Virus record (IMG/VR): IMGVR_UViG_3300033181_000002
Span: 1-58,552 of that record
Length of the DNA stretch: 58,552 nucleotides
Source: a virus
Lineage: Duplodnaviria > Caudoviricetes
Direction: 5' to 3' (one strand)
The notes beneath the pieces are model-generated. The model had not been told where the DNA came from. It did no database searches and saw only the letters and a program-made list of their open reading frames with translations. Of the stretch, positions 1 through 8,486 are shown piece by piece. Each line of letters opens with the position of its first letter. The stretch's first letter is position 1. The position numbers were made by a program, and so were the translations under genes.

Positions 1-43
1 GGGCGCCGGGCTCATTGGACCGCTATTTCGAGGTGGCAAGTCC

Positions 44-117
44 GCGGGTGTAGCTCAATGGTAGAGCAACAGCCTTCCAAGCTGATGACGAGGGTTCGAT
101 TCCCTCTACCCGCTCCA
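44..117 (+). tRNA. tRNA-Gly(TCC); prophage integration site (att)
   Basis: Cloverleaf: acceptor stem GCGGGTG/TACCCGC, D-arm GCTCAATGGTAGAGC, anticodon loop CTTCCAA, T-loop GTTCGATTC, encoded CCA. The integrase gene converges on its 3' end. Confidence 0.97.
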
Positions 118-190
118 AACCTTTCAGTAACTTACACGGTACTGCATAGCTCCATTCGGAAACGCCGGGCTGCTGCATTCGGAAAATCAT

Positions 191-1354
191 TCACGGGTTG
201 TTCGACTTTCGGCGTCCGCGCACCCGTGCCTGGTCGGCCTGGCGTACCTGTTCCAGGTCGACCGGATTGTAGGTTTTGAACAGGAAGGCCGAGCGGTCGA
301 TCGAGTTGCCGAACTTCTGGGAGACGACCCTCGAGTCCGCGCCGCCGCGGAATGCCTCGGTGGTGGCCGAGCGGCGCATGTCGCGCAGCTGGCGACGGTC
401 CTCCGGGTCGACCAGGGTCCGGACATCGGCGAAGTCGTGCGACAAAGCCGTGTCGCGGTAGGGCTGGTTCCTGCGGGTCCGAAACAGGAAGGCTTCGCCC
501 GTCATCTCGACGCCGAGGTCCTTCAGGTAGCGCCGCACCATGGCGTCGCCGAGCCGCGAGAGTGTGCCGATCACCGCGACGCCGGTCTTGCCGCGGCCCT
601 CGGCCGAGCGGTCGATGATGAGCCTGCCGTTCGCCGGGTCGGTGCCGAGGTGCTTGGCGCGGGCCGTCCTCGCATCGCCCGGCTGAAAGCCGGTGTCCCA
701 GCACGTGACGATGATGCAGGCGAGTCCGCGATAGCCGCGGCGCCAGGCCGTCTTGGCGAGGTGCAGCGCGCCGGCGAACTCGTGACGCACGTTACGTGGC
801 GCGGGTGCCGTGTTGGTGACCTTCCTCGAAGGATCGGTGAGCTGGGTGTAGCGGAGCGCCTGCAGCACGCCCCACAGCGATCGCCACACTTTCATGGCCT
901 TGTGGGCGGCATCGATGCCGAATTCGGCCGCCACGGCCTCGCGCCACTCCGACATCTGCCTCATTGTGACGGTGTCGGGCCGGACATCCCCGAAGACGGG
1001 CTCGATGCGTTTCTCCCAGGCCGGCCACCAGATCTTGGTCCGGTTCGACAGGGCGAGCGCCTCCCATTCGACCGTGCGGATCCATTCCTGCCAGGCGGCG
1101 CCGATGGAACCGCGCGGATAGCGCCTGGCATGGCTCACGGCTTCCTTCGTTCGAGGGCTGACGGCGGGCGAGGACGGCGCCGGCGCTGCCCCGTCACGCA
1201 CCGAGATCCAGGCCTCGTAGAGCCGCCACGCTTCCCGCCGTGCGCCTTCATCGTCGCGGCCGAGCGGCCTCGGCTGGAAGCCCTCTTCGACCATGCGGCC
1301 GCGCGGCTCGAAAAAGCGCTTGCCGCCCCGTACGCTGGTATAGGGGATCTTCAC
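191..1354 (-). CDS. int: Phage integrase (tyrosine recombinase)
   Basis: ORF 191..1414, likely GTG start at 1354. Diverged catalytic motifs TGFQPGD, LRDMRRS, GNS and terminal Tyr (FKTY); adjacent to the tRNA. Confidence 0.85.
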   Translation of the reverse strand: MKIPYTSVRGGKRFFEPRGRMVEEGFQPRPLGRDDEGARREAWRLYEAWISVRDGAAPAPSSPAVSPRTKEAVSHARRYPRGSIGAAWQEWIRTVEWEALALSNRTKIWWPAWEKRIEPVFGDVRPDTVTMRQMSEWREAVAAEFGIDAAHKAMKVWRSLWGVLQALRYTQLTDPSRKVTNTAPAPRNVRHEFAGALHLAKTAWRRGYRGLACIIVTCWDTGFQPGDARTARAKHLGTDPANGRLIIDRSAEGRGKTGVAVIGTLSRLGDAMVRRYLKDLGVEMTGEAFLFRTRRNQPYRDTALSHDFADVRTLVDPEDRRQLRDMRRSATTEAFRGGADSRVVSQKFGNSIDRSAFLFKTYNPVDLEQVRQADQARVRGRRKSNNP

Positions 1355-1358
1355 GATC

Positions 1359-1640
1359 CTACCGCCTTGTCCCACGGAGGTTCCCCAGCCGAGCATGGAA
1401 ATCGAGTCCAGCATCCTGCGGTTTAGGGTCGGTGGCGAGTCCCGATCGGCGGTCCATCCAGGCCTCGACGGCCTTGAGATCGTAATTGCCGGTGTCCGGA
1501 TCGGGCGCCGGGAAGGCGCGAAGCCGCAGCCGGGGCAGGGTGGCCTCGAACTCGGTCAGCGTCATGCCCAGCAGCCGCGCGGCTTTCACCGGCGGCACGT
1601 CCCGCGGGTCGACGCGAAACCGGACGGAGCCGCCCTGCAT
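1359..1640 (-). CDS. Excisionase-like DNA-binding protein
   Basis: Small ORF upstream of int, with AARLLGMT...FPAPDPDTGNYDLKAVEAWMD (MerR/AlpA-like winged helix). Confidence 0.7.
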   Translation of the reverse strand: MQGGSVRFRVDPRDVPPVKAARLLGMTLTEFEATLPRLRLRAFPAPDPDTGNYDLKAVEAWMDRRSGLATDPKPQDAGLDFHARLGNLRGTRR

Positions 1641-1674
1641 CACGCGCGCCCTCCTTTGAAGCGGGCAGGGCGGT

Positions 1675-2127
1675 TCATGAGTCGACCGCCTCGCACACGG
1701 GCGGGTTGGCGAGTTCGCCCAACACATCGACGTGGCAGGGCGCACAGGCGCCGCACTGTACGTCGAGCGGCTTGCCGGCCGCATGCGCGGGGCAGAGACG
1801 GCACCAGCCGGCGAGGTTGCAGCCGTGCAGGTTCTTGATCACCAGGCGGAGCGGTGACAGTTCCGAACGCGCCCATCGCCGAAAGCGCAGGACCGCATAG
1901 CGCCGAGCGACCCGCTCCGAGCTGCAGAAATGCCTCCTTGTATGGGCCAGCCAGTCAGGATCGAGCACGCACCATCCGTTGAGGCGGTCGTGGGTGATGC
2001 GCCACGGATTGCCGGCCTTCGTGCTTCGGTCGACAATGACGGCCGGCAGACCGTTGACCGCGCGGCTGTGGGCTTGCAGATCGAACCCTCTGCGGCGCGC
2101 GCGTTGCAGGCGAACTGGCTCTATCAC
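1675..2127 (-). CDS. DUF4326-like phage protein
   Basis: PVRLQR.R..G, VDRST..GNPW, LHG.NLA.WC and CH.DVL motifs; GTGA overlap with the upstream gene. Confidence 0.7.
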   Translation of the reverse strand: MIEPVRLQRARRRGFDLQAHSRAVNGLPAVIVDRSTKAGNPWRITHDRLNGWCVLDPDWLAHTRRHFCSSERVARRYAVLRFRRWARSELSPLRLVIKNLHGCNLAGWCRLCPAHAAGKPLDVQCGACAPCHVDVLGELANPPVCEAVDS

Positions 2128-3818
2128 GCGCGCCCTCCTTCCGACTTTAAGAGGCCGCACGCGCGTCGGAAGGCGGCCGTGTAGCGGAACGTGTGATGGC
2201 TTTGCTCGACGAGGCCTGCGGTGCGCAGCTGTTTCGCGGCACGCAGGAAGCCGCCTCCGCTCGCCACATAGCCGGTCATGCCGGCGAGGCCTGTGCGGGA
2301 AACGCTTCCACCTGCCTTGCTGACCGCGTGCAGCAGCTTTGCGGGGCCGGTGCCGAGCCGGCGGGACCATTGGTCGACGAGGGCGGCTTCGCTCGGAATC
2401 GACTTCGGGGACGTCACTTGGCGCAAGACGACGCCTGCGCCCGACTCGGTGACAAGGCCGCGTCCGATCAGGGCTTTCTTGGCCCGCAGGAAGCCGCCCC
2501 CGCTGGCGACGTAGCCGGCCCGGATGGCGACGGCCGCCCAGGGAACCGGTGCGGGATCGTTCGCCTCGAGTGCCGCGACGAGCCGAGCCTCGCCCGCCGT
2601 GAGGGGGCCGGGAGCGGTCCGACCAGCCGGTGTCGCGTCCGGCGCCTCCGCCGGCGAAAGCTCCCCGCCACCGGCGTCCGCCGAACGTCCGGGGGCAAAC
2701 ATTGCAGCGATCCCGTCGTCGTCGACCTCGTCAAAGGCCCACGGGTTCGCGGCGAGATCCCCGAGTACATCCGCCACGCGAGCGAGCTTGGCCCGGACGG
2801 CGCGTCGCTCCTCGGCCTTGCGGTCGGCATAGCCTTCCCCGTAGCCGCGCTCGTAGCCGTGCTCCTCGGCAGCTGCGACGGCACCATCGGGCGCCGCGCG
2901 TCCGGCTCGCGCGCCAGATCCCTCGGTCGCGTCGGCTCCCAGCACCTCCCGCAGCGCCGCCACGTCGACGTCCTTGCGCAGCGCGATAGCCGGGCGTGCC
3001 ACGCCGGCCTTGGGGGTCGCGCTCGTGTCGAGCGTCCGGATCGGCGGGAAGACGACGCGCTCGAGGAGGTCGAGATCCGGCGCCCAGACCCAGCCCTCGC
3101 CGACCTTTAGCGACGCCAAGCTGTCGACCACTTCCTTGGCCTTGTCGCGGTCGGCGTTGCCCTCCACCCATGCCTTGATGGCGTCGCGGTCCTGCGGGCT
3201 GGTGATGCCGAGCGCCACCAGCGTGGAGAGCTGGGTCAGCACGTCCTTGTTGAGCTTGGCCGGCCGCTGCGTCAGCGAAATCAGCCGGAACCCGAACTGG
3301 CGGCCGCGGCGGGCGATGCGGTCGACCTCGCCGAGCAGCCGCGCGTTGTCGGCCATGGGCTGCTGCGGCGCGAACACGTCGGCCTCCTCGAGCACCAGCG
3401 TCAGCGGCTCACGGTTGTGCGTGTAGAGTTCCTCAAGGAAAGGCGTCACGAAGCGGATCATCTCGGCCTTGCGCATGGCCCCGAGGTCGAGCACCGCCGA
3501 TTGCGCGGCCGTGGCGAGATAGCGGCCGAGCGAAGCCCCGTCAGCATCCGACAGAGGCAGGTCGCCTTGCGGGCCGCCGAGCACGGCAATCGGGTAGCCG
3601 TGCGGGCCGGCCTTGAGGCCCCACCAGGTGCTGTTCGGGTCGAGCACGATGACGCGCCGGCCCAGGTCGAGCAGGCGCTCGACGCAGCCCTTGGCCGTAT
3701 AGGTCTTACCGCGCCCCTTCTTGCCCAGGATGGCGATATCGGCGTCGAGCGCCGCGTCGGGGATGGGGTGAGACCCACCGGCCCCAATCGGGTCGCCGGT
3801 GGTACTGCCACGGCTCAC
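2124..3818 (-). CDS. HerA/FtsK-like (DUF87) P-loop ATPase with duplicated C-terminal winged-helix-like modules
   Basis: Walker A GKKGRGKT, Walker B LVLEEAD, RRGRQFG and TQRPA motifs. Confidence 0.8.
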   Translation of the reverse strand: MSRGSTTGDPIGAGGSHPIPDAALDADIAILGKKGRGKTYTAKGCVERLLDLGRRVIVLDPNSTWWGLKAGPHGYPIAVLGGPQGDLPLSDADGASLGRYLATAAQSAVLDLGAMRKAEMIRFVTPFLEELYTHNREPLTLVLEEADVFAPQQPMADNARLLGEVDRIARRGRQFGFRLISLTQRPAKLNKDVLTQLSTLVALGITSPQDRDAIKAWVEGNADRDKAKEVVDSLASLKVGEGWVWAPDLDLLERVVFPPIRTLDTSATPKAGVARPAIALRKDVDVAALREVLGADATEGSGARAGRAAPDGAVAAAEEHGYERGYGEGYADRKAEERRAVRAKLARVADVLGDLAANPWAFDEVDDDGIAAMFAPGRSADAGGGELSPAEAPDATPAGRTAPGPLTAGEARLVAALEANDPAPVPWAAVAIRAGYVASGGGFLRAKKALIGRGLVTESGAGVVLRQVTSPKSIPSEAALVDQWSRRLGTGPAKLLHAVSKAGGSVSRTGLAGMTGYVASGGGFLRAAKQLRTAGLVEQSHHTFRYTAAFRRACGLLKSEGGRA

Positions 3819-4048
3819 GCGTGCCCTCCCTCGGTGCGGGCGACCGCGCAGGCTAGGCAGAGTCTAGGCGGGCGCTTCGGCGCGTGCGGCCGGAACACGA
3901 CGGGCTCGGCGCAGTCGTGGCACGTGCCGAGGAGGTTGTCCGTCAAAGTGCCCTGATCGTCGCGGGCGCGGGCGCAGACCACGAACTCGGCCTTCTCGGC
4001 TTCCTCGTTGCTGACGAGGGTCACGCCCATCCACGCGCGGTCAGCCAT
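3815..4048 (-). CDS. Small Cys-rich hypothetical protein
   Basis: Two CxxC pairs; ATGA coupling to the ATPase gene. Confidence 0.6.
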   Translation of the reverse strand: MADRAWMGVTLVSNEEAEKAEFVVCARARDDQGTLTDNLLGTCHDCAEPVVFRPHAPKRPPRLCLACAVARTEGGHA

Positions 4049-4604
4049 GGGCGCAGCTCCCGTCCGTCGATTCGGGGACCGGCACGGCCACGCGCCGGTC
4101 CAGCGCGGAGCGCCCGGGCGGCGGGTCGCCGCAATTCCCGGCGGTGACGTCGACCGGCACGCTCGGCCGCACCTTCACGCGGCTGCCCGGCGCCGGCGGC
4201 TTGAGCAGGCGCAGCACGCCGCAGAGCACCCGCAGCAGCCGCGCATCCCAGTCCGTCCCCGACATGCACTGGGCGACCCGCAGCGCGTCGGCTTCCCCTC
4301 CGCCCGCGAGTCCGGCGAGGCGCAGCGCCTCCTCGGGCGACAGGGTCGGATGCAGCACCAGCAGGGCCTCCACGGTGTGGGACCACAATGCCAGCGAGGC
4401 GGCGGCGCGGCGCCGCGGGGCGAAGAGATCCTGCGCCAAGGTGTCGGCCGCCACAGCCATCACGGCGGCCACCGCCTCGGCCGTCAGCGCGTGGGCGGAG
4501 GAGGCTCGGGTCCCGGGGCTGCACGGCAGACCAGGGGAGCCCCCGCAAGGCCCCGGCCGGCGAGGCAGGCTGGGGAAGCCTCCGCAGGGGTCGCGAGGCA
4601 TCAT
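4041..4604 (-). CDS. Hypothetical protein
   Basis: ORF tiles the leftward operon. Confidence 0.5.
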   Translation of the reverse strand: MMPRDPCGGFPSLPRRPGPCGGSPGLPCSPGTRASSAHALTAEAVAAVMAVAADTLAQDLFAPRRRAAASLALWSHTVEALLVLHPTLSPEEALRLAGLAGGGEADALRVAQCMSGTDWDARLLRVLCGVLRLLKPPAPGSRVKVRPSVPVDVTAGNCGDPPPGRSALDRRVAVPVPESTDGSCAHG

Positions 4605-4677
4605 GAGGCGAGCCTGCCGCCGGCCCGGTCGAACCGGACCTCGCCACCATGGCGCGGAGCTAGCGCAGCAGGGTCGT

Positions 4678-5412
4678 TCACGCGACCCGCCGTGGGTGCC
4701 AGAGACCGGCCGACGCCACGCGGGCGTGATCGACGCAGTAGGGCTTCCCGTCGCGCGCGGGCGCGCCGCAGAAGTGGAAGCTCGCCTGGTGCGGGTGCCC
4801 GCCGAGCGGCCAGCGGCACTTCCCTTGCTCCGAGGCCGCGACCGCGGCAGCGGCGCCGGCGAGGCCTTTCAGGACGGTGCCCGGCAGCCTCGGTCGCGAA
4901 GCCTCCGGAACCGCGACCGGCAACGGCACTGGCGGCGGGGGCAACACGACCGGTGCCGGCTCCACACCGGCGGGCGCCGCCAGATCACCGGCCGCGCAGG
5001 CACGCCAGCGCTTGGGTCTGGCCCCGGGGATCTGCGCCACCGTATAGCCGTGCCGTTCGGCGAAGTCGCGCAGCTGGCGCATGCAGGCGTAGAACGACGT
5101 GGGCCAGGTGCGCGGCACCGGCCGGCCGGCGTGGATCCTGTCGCGGATCTCGTCGGCGCTGGCGCCGCACTCGCCGGCATCGAGCAGTGCGCGCCACACC
5201 GCGCCGGTGCGGCCCGTGACGACGGCCGTGCGCAAATCCAAGGCGGTCGGCGTGGCGTCACCGGCCGGTTCGGGCATCGGCTTCGGGGCGTGCCGGCGCC
5301 AGATGCCAATGATGGCGTTGCAGGTCAGGCCGTGTTCGGCCGCCAGGGTCGAGCAGGACTTCCGGCCCTTGGCCGCGACGACCGCGGCGACCAGCTTGGC
5401 GCTATGCGTCAT
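4678..5412 (-). CDS. GcrA-like cell-cycle regulator homolog
   Basis: N-terminal HTH-like segment (GLTCNAIIGIWRR) and C-terminal CRWPLG...FHFCG.P...GKPYC..HAR motif typical of GcrA. Confidence 0.75.
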   Translation of the reverse strand: MTHSAKLVAAVVAAKGRKSCSTLAAEHGLTCNAIIGIWRRHAPKPMPEPAGDATPTALDLRTAVVTGRTGAVWRALLDAGECGASADEIRDRIHAGRPVPRTWPTSFYACMRQLRDFAERHGYTVAQIPGARPKRWRACAAGDLAAPAGVEPAPVVLPPPPVPLPVAVPEASRPRLPGTVLKGLAGAAAAVAASEQGKCRWPLGGHPHQASFHFCGAPARDGKPYCVDHARVASAGLWHPRRVA

Positions 5413-5806
5413 CCCGGCCTTCCTTGGTGCAGGCCGTGCACAGGTCGTCGCGCGCCCAGCTGCATCCTTCCGGGCAGGCGTCGTTCTCGGAACAGCCGCA
5501 ACACTCGCAGACCATACCGAGCAGGGTCGGAATACGCGGGGCACCGTCGGCGCCCTCCAGCGCCTCCCTGGGGACGGCGTCGACGAAGATCTCCTGGATG
5601 GCGTTCCGGCAGGCATCGCCCGCCGCCATGCCGACGCGCTCGCGGCAGATCATGAGATCGCCGCCCTCCTGGTAGCCACGGTCTTGGACGGCCTCGGCCG
5701 CCATCCACTCGAGCGCCGCGGCGCCGATGGTGGCCTTGTCCTCCTCAGACAGTCCGGCCCAATGGGCTACGCCGGCGAAACGGTCGGTGACGTTGAGCTT
5801 CTGCAT
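5402..5806 (-). CDS. Hypothetical protein with C-terminal Cys cluster
   Basis: CECCGCSENDACPEGCSW...LCTAC; ATG at 5806. Confidence 0.6.
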   Translation of the reverse strand: MQKLNVTDRFAGVAHWAGLSEEDKATIGAAALEWMAAEAVQDRGYQEGGDLMICRERVGMAAGDACRNAIQEIFVDAVPREALEGADGAPRIPTLLGMVCECCGCSENDACPEGCSWARDDLCTACTKEGRDDA

Positions 5807-5817
5807 CGCGCCATCCC

Positions 5818-6210
5818 TCAACCGCGATCGGCATCGCGGCGGTACCGCTCGAGCGAGATCGGGGCCGTCGGCTGTGCTATGTCGCCCGGTTCGGCCGCCT
5901 TGTCGGTTACTAAGGGTCGCCCCCGGTCGCGCCAGAACACCGCGAGCCCCAGCAGCACCGCCATGGCGATCGGCGCCCCGGTGGCGAACCAGGCCCAGCC
6001 GACGTCCGTGATCAGGGCGTCCCCTGCGGCGCGCGCAGGCGGGCAGAGGACGCAGTAGAGGGCGGTCCACCCCGCCACCATCACGCCCAGCGCGACGACG
6101 TCGGCCGCCTTGTCGAGCGTGTCGCGGAAGGCGGCGCGCCGCTCCGCTCTCGCGAGGGTGGGCGCGGCGGCGGCACAGGGCTCGGGGGAGATGGACAGGG
6201 CTGACGTCAT
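5818..6210 (-). CDS. Hypothetical membrane protein
   Basis: Two hydrophobic segments; ATGA overlap with the upstream gene. Confidence 0.55.
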   Translation of the reverse strand: MTSALSISPEPCAAAAPTLARAERRAAFRDTLDKAADVVALGVMVAGWTALYCVLCPPARAAGDALITDVGWAWFATGAPIAMAVLLGLAVFWRDRGRPLVTDKAAEPGDIAQPTAPISLERYRRDADRG

Positions 6211-6722
6211 GGTGCGGCGGGCCTCGGGGTGATCCAATCGGGATGCAGGTTGAGCGACCCCGCCCATGTCGCCGCAGATGGCGCGGCGGCCGGGGCTGGC
6301 GGGGCCTCCGCAGGGAGCGAGGATGTGGGCGGAGGTGGACCGGGCGGAGCAAAGCCGGGGGCCGCCCCGGCGGCCGGGACGGCCGCGCTCCCGGCCGCGG
6401 CCTGCGGAACGGCCCATGCCGGGTTGCTTTGCTCCGCGCGCAACGACGTCGGCGGCAGCGGCCGGTCGTGGACGTAGACGGTCCGCGTCACCACCCTGAT
6501 CCGGATCGGACCGAGGGGGCGGGCGGCGGCCAGGCGCGGAACCATGATGGTGCGACCGCGAAGCGCCGAGGACCGGTAGGGGTGGCCCTGGCAGACGCCG
6601 AGGCTCGGCCGGAAATAACGGCCGAGCCGGCAGGGAAAGCCGTGGCTGGCTTCGGCCGGCTGCGCCGGGCACAAGCAGGCGGCGAGAAACGCGGCGGCCA
6701 GGAGGGTGCCGATCTCACGCAT
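6207..6722 (-). CDS. Putative secreted Pro/Ala-rich protein
   Basis: Signal-peptide-like N-terminus MREIGTLLAAAFLAACLCPAQPAEA. Confidence 0.5.
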   Translation of the reverse strand: MREIGTLLAAAFLAACLCPAQPAEASHGFPCRLGRYFRPSLGVCQGHPYRSSALRGRTIMVPRLAAARPLGPIRIRVVTRTVYVHDRPLPPTSLRAEQSNPAWAVPQAAAGSAAVPAAGAAPGFAPPGPPPPTSSLPAEAPPAPAAAPSAATWAGSLNLHPDWITPRPAAP

Positions 6723-6999
6723 CGGCACGGCTCCCGTAATAGGCCGCGACCACGTCGGCGAGACCGGCAAATTCCTTCGGCAGCGCGCGGTCGATCAAGC
6801 GAAGCGCCTCGGGAATTCGGCGCATGACGAGGGCGTGCCGGAGGTCGTCGAGGCTGCACAGATCGACCATCAGCCCGCGGGCCAGCGCCTCCGCGGCGAT
6901 GTCGGCGTCACGGAACTCGTCGAGGCTCACCTCAACCGTGACGGTTTCCGAAAAACTCCGCGTGCGGCGCGGCTGCGGGGCCGATGACGTGAGGCTCAT
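6715..6999 (-). CDS. Hypothetical protein
   Basis: ORF tiles the operon with overlaps. Confidence 0.55.
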   Translation of the reverse strand: MSLTSSAPQPRRTRSFSETVTVEVSLDEFRDADIAAEALARGLMVDLCSLDDLRHALVMRRIPEALRLIDRALPKEFAGLADVVAAYYGSRADA

Positions 7000-7265
7000 G
7001 ACGCCACCGCGCGGCGGCGGAGCCGCTCGCGGCGCAGCGCTTCCCGGTCGGCCGGTGCCGAGACGCGACCGAGGCCGGCGCGGAAAAAGGCGGCGCGGCG
7101 GGCGCTGGGCTCCTCAAGGGTAAAGGGGCCGAGCTCGCGCAGCGCCGCCGCTGTGGCGACGCAGCGGACCTCGTCGGCGAGTGAGGAGACCCAGAACGCG
7201 ACAGGCTCGTCCAGACGGCGGCCCACCGGCGCCGCGATGAAGCTCGCCGGAGACAGCGCCATCAT
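6996..7265 (-). CDS. Hypothetical protein
   Basis: TGATG and ATGA coupling on either side. Confidence 0.45.
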   Translation of the reverse strand: MMALSPASFIAAPVGRRLDEPVAFWVSSLADEVRCVATAAALRELGPFTLEEPSARRAAFFRAGLGRVSAPADREALRRERLRRRAVAS

Positions 7266-7648
7266 CACGCTTCGCCGTCGGCGGAGAGGGGCCAGCGCTC
7301 GTAGCGGTAGCTCTCCTGCCACCAAGGGCCGACCGATCCAGTGCGTGTGATGGCCGCCACCCGCATGTCGAAGCGGGCACCCTGCAGAGAGCTGGTCTCG
7401 CTGACCGCGACCATGACGGGCGCCATGCGCGGCACCACTTCGAGCACGATATGCGGGAGCCCAGCGTCGGCGATGCTGGAGCCCTGGCGCGGAGTCACGA
7501 GGTCGCCGGCCACGAAGGGGCACGGTGCCCGATAGAGGTCGAGGACCTCGCGGAGCCGCATGACCTGCGCCTCGGGCAGGCCGCGCTTGTCGGCCGAGGC
7601 CACCGCTGCCGCGAAAGCGGCTAACGACGAGGGAAAGGGTTCGTCCAT
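7265..7648 (-). CDS. Hypothetical protein, first gene of the leftward early operon
   Basis: GGAG ribosome-binding site upstream; downstream of the OL-like operators. Confidence 0.6.
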   Translation of the reverse strand: MDEPFPSSLAAFAAAVASADKRGLPEAQVMRLREVLDLYRAPCPFVAGDLVTPRQGSSIADAGLPHIVLEVVPRMAPVMVAVSETSSLQGARFDMRVAAITRTGSVGPWWQESYRYERWPLSADGEA

Positions 7649-7704
7649 GGGCGGGCTCCATCGGCGGCGAGGCCGGGCAGCGAGGGCCGCTGCATGTGGA
7701 GTAG

Positions 7705-7756
7705 GTTTCCATGACGGACACGATCACGTCAAGCGTTTTGTTTCTGTGACGGACAC
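7705..7756 (-). promoter_or_regulatory. OL-like operator pair overlapping a leftward promoter
   Basis: 17-bp dyads GTTTCC-ATGAC-GGACAC (7705-7721) and GTTTCT-GTGAC-GGACAC (7740-7756); minus-strand TTGACG -35 at 7727-7732 between them. Confidence 0.7.
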
Positions 7757-7904
7757 GATTTCATTGATCTACTGCGTGCGCGTGTGCCTGAAGCGATCAG
7801 TCGGTGGCGGCCGGGAGGTGATCAGTCGGTGGCGGTCGGGGACGCGATCAACAATCGGTCGTGCGGTTGCGACGAGGTCGGCGGGATGACAGGCCCACCG
7901 GCAT

Positions 7905-8486
7905 TCACAGCCCGTCGTCGGGATCACCGGCAGTCGGCGGCTCCTCACGCGGTAGGAGATGCAGCGAACCCTGTGCGGTATCTGGCGACGGTTCGAGTCC
8001 CGCGATGCCGACCGTGTCGATGTTGAACAGCTTGGCAAACGCCGCTAAGCCCTTATCGTCCGAGTAGATGAGCGAAGCGCGTTCCACCTTTGCAATGGCC
8101 ACGATCTGCTGATCAAACTTCACCTTGGCGCGGCTGTCCGCGCCGGCTGCTCTGATCCGCCCCTGCCTGCGGATTGTCATGCGCTGCATTTCGGCCAGCT
8201 CGACAGCCGCCAGAAGCGAGAACGGAGCAATCACGACACCCCGGATCCTTTGGATCTGTCCGACGTACTCCTGCACAAGCCCCGAGCGTACCCTCACCAG
8301 GAACTCGCTTATGGCAGGTGTAGGCACAACGATCCGATTGCCCTTCGTTTTCCCGTAAGTGTTGATGAAGTGCTGGATGCGGTCCCGGCAGTGCTCAATC
8401 GGCTGCCTTGTCACTCTGTCCACCGGCGGGGAGGCGGCGTCGTCGAACAGCATGATAAGCATGGACGTGTCGACTACGACCGTCAT
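7905..8486 (-). CDS. PIN-domain ribonuclease-like protein
   Basis: N-terminal VVVDTS, PTPAISEFL, KFDQQIVAIA and IYSDDKGL acidic PIN motifs. Confidence 0.75.
   Translation of the reverse strand: MTVVVDTSMLIMLFDDAASPPVDRVTRQPIEHCRDRIQHFINTYGKTKGNRIVVPTPAISEFLVRVRSGLVQEYVGQIQRIRGVVIAPFSLLAAVELAEMQRMTIRRQGRIRAAGADSRAKVKFDQQIVAIAKVERASLIYSDDKGLAAFAKLFNIDTVGIAGLEPSPDTAQGSLHLLPREEPPTAGDPDDGL

Noticed and set aside
5466-5494. Extra copy of the dyad site (CCTTCCGGGCA-7 nt-TTCTCGGAACA)
   Set aside because: The spacer is 7 bp, the GATAA arm is missing and it lies mid-gene in a Cys-rich coding motif; probably chance.
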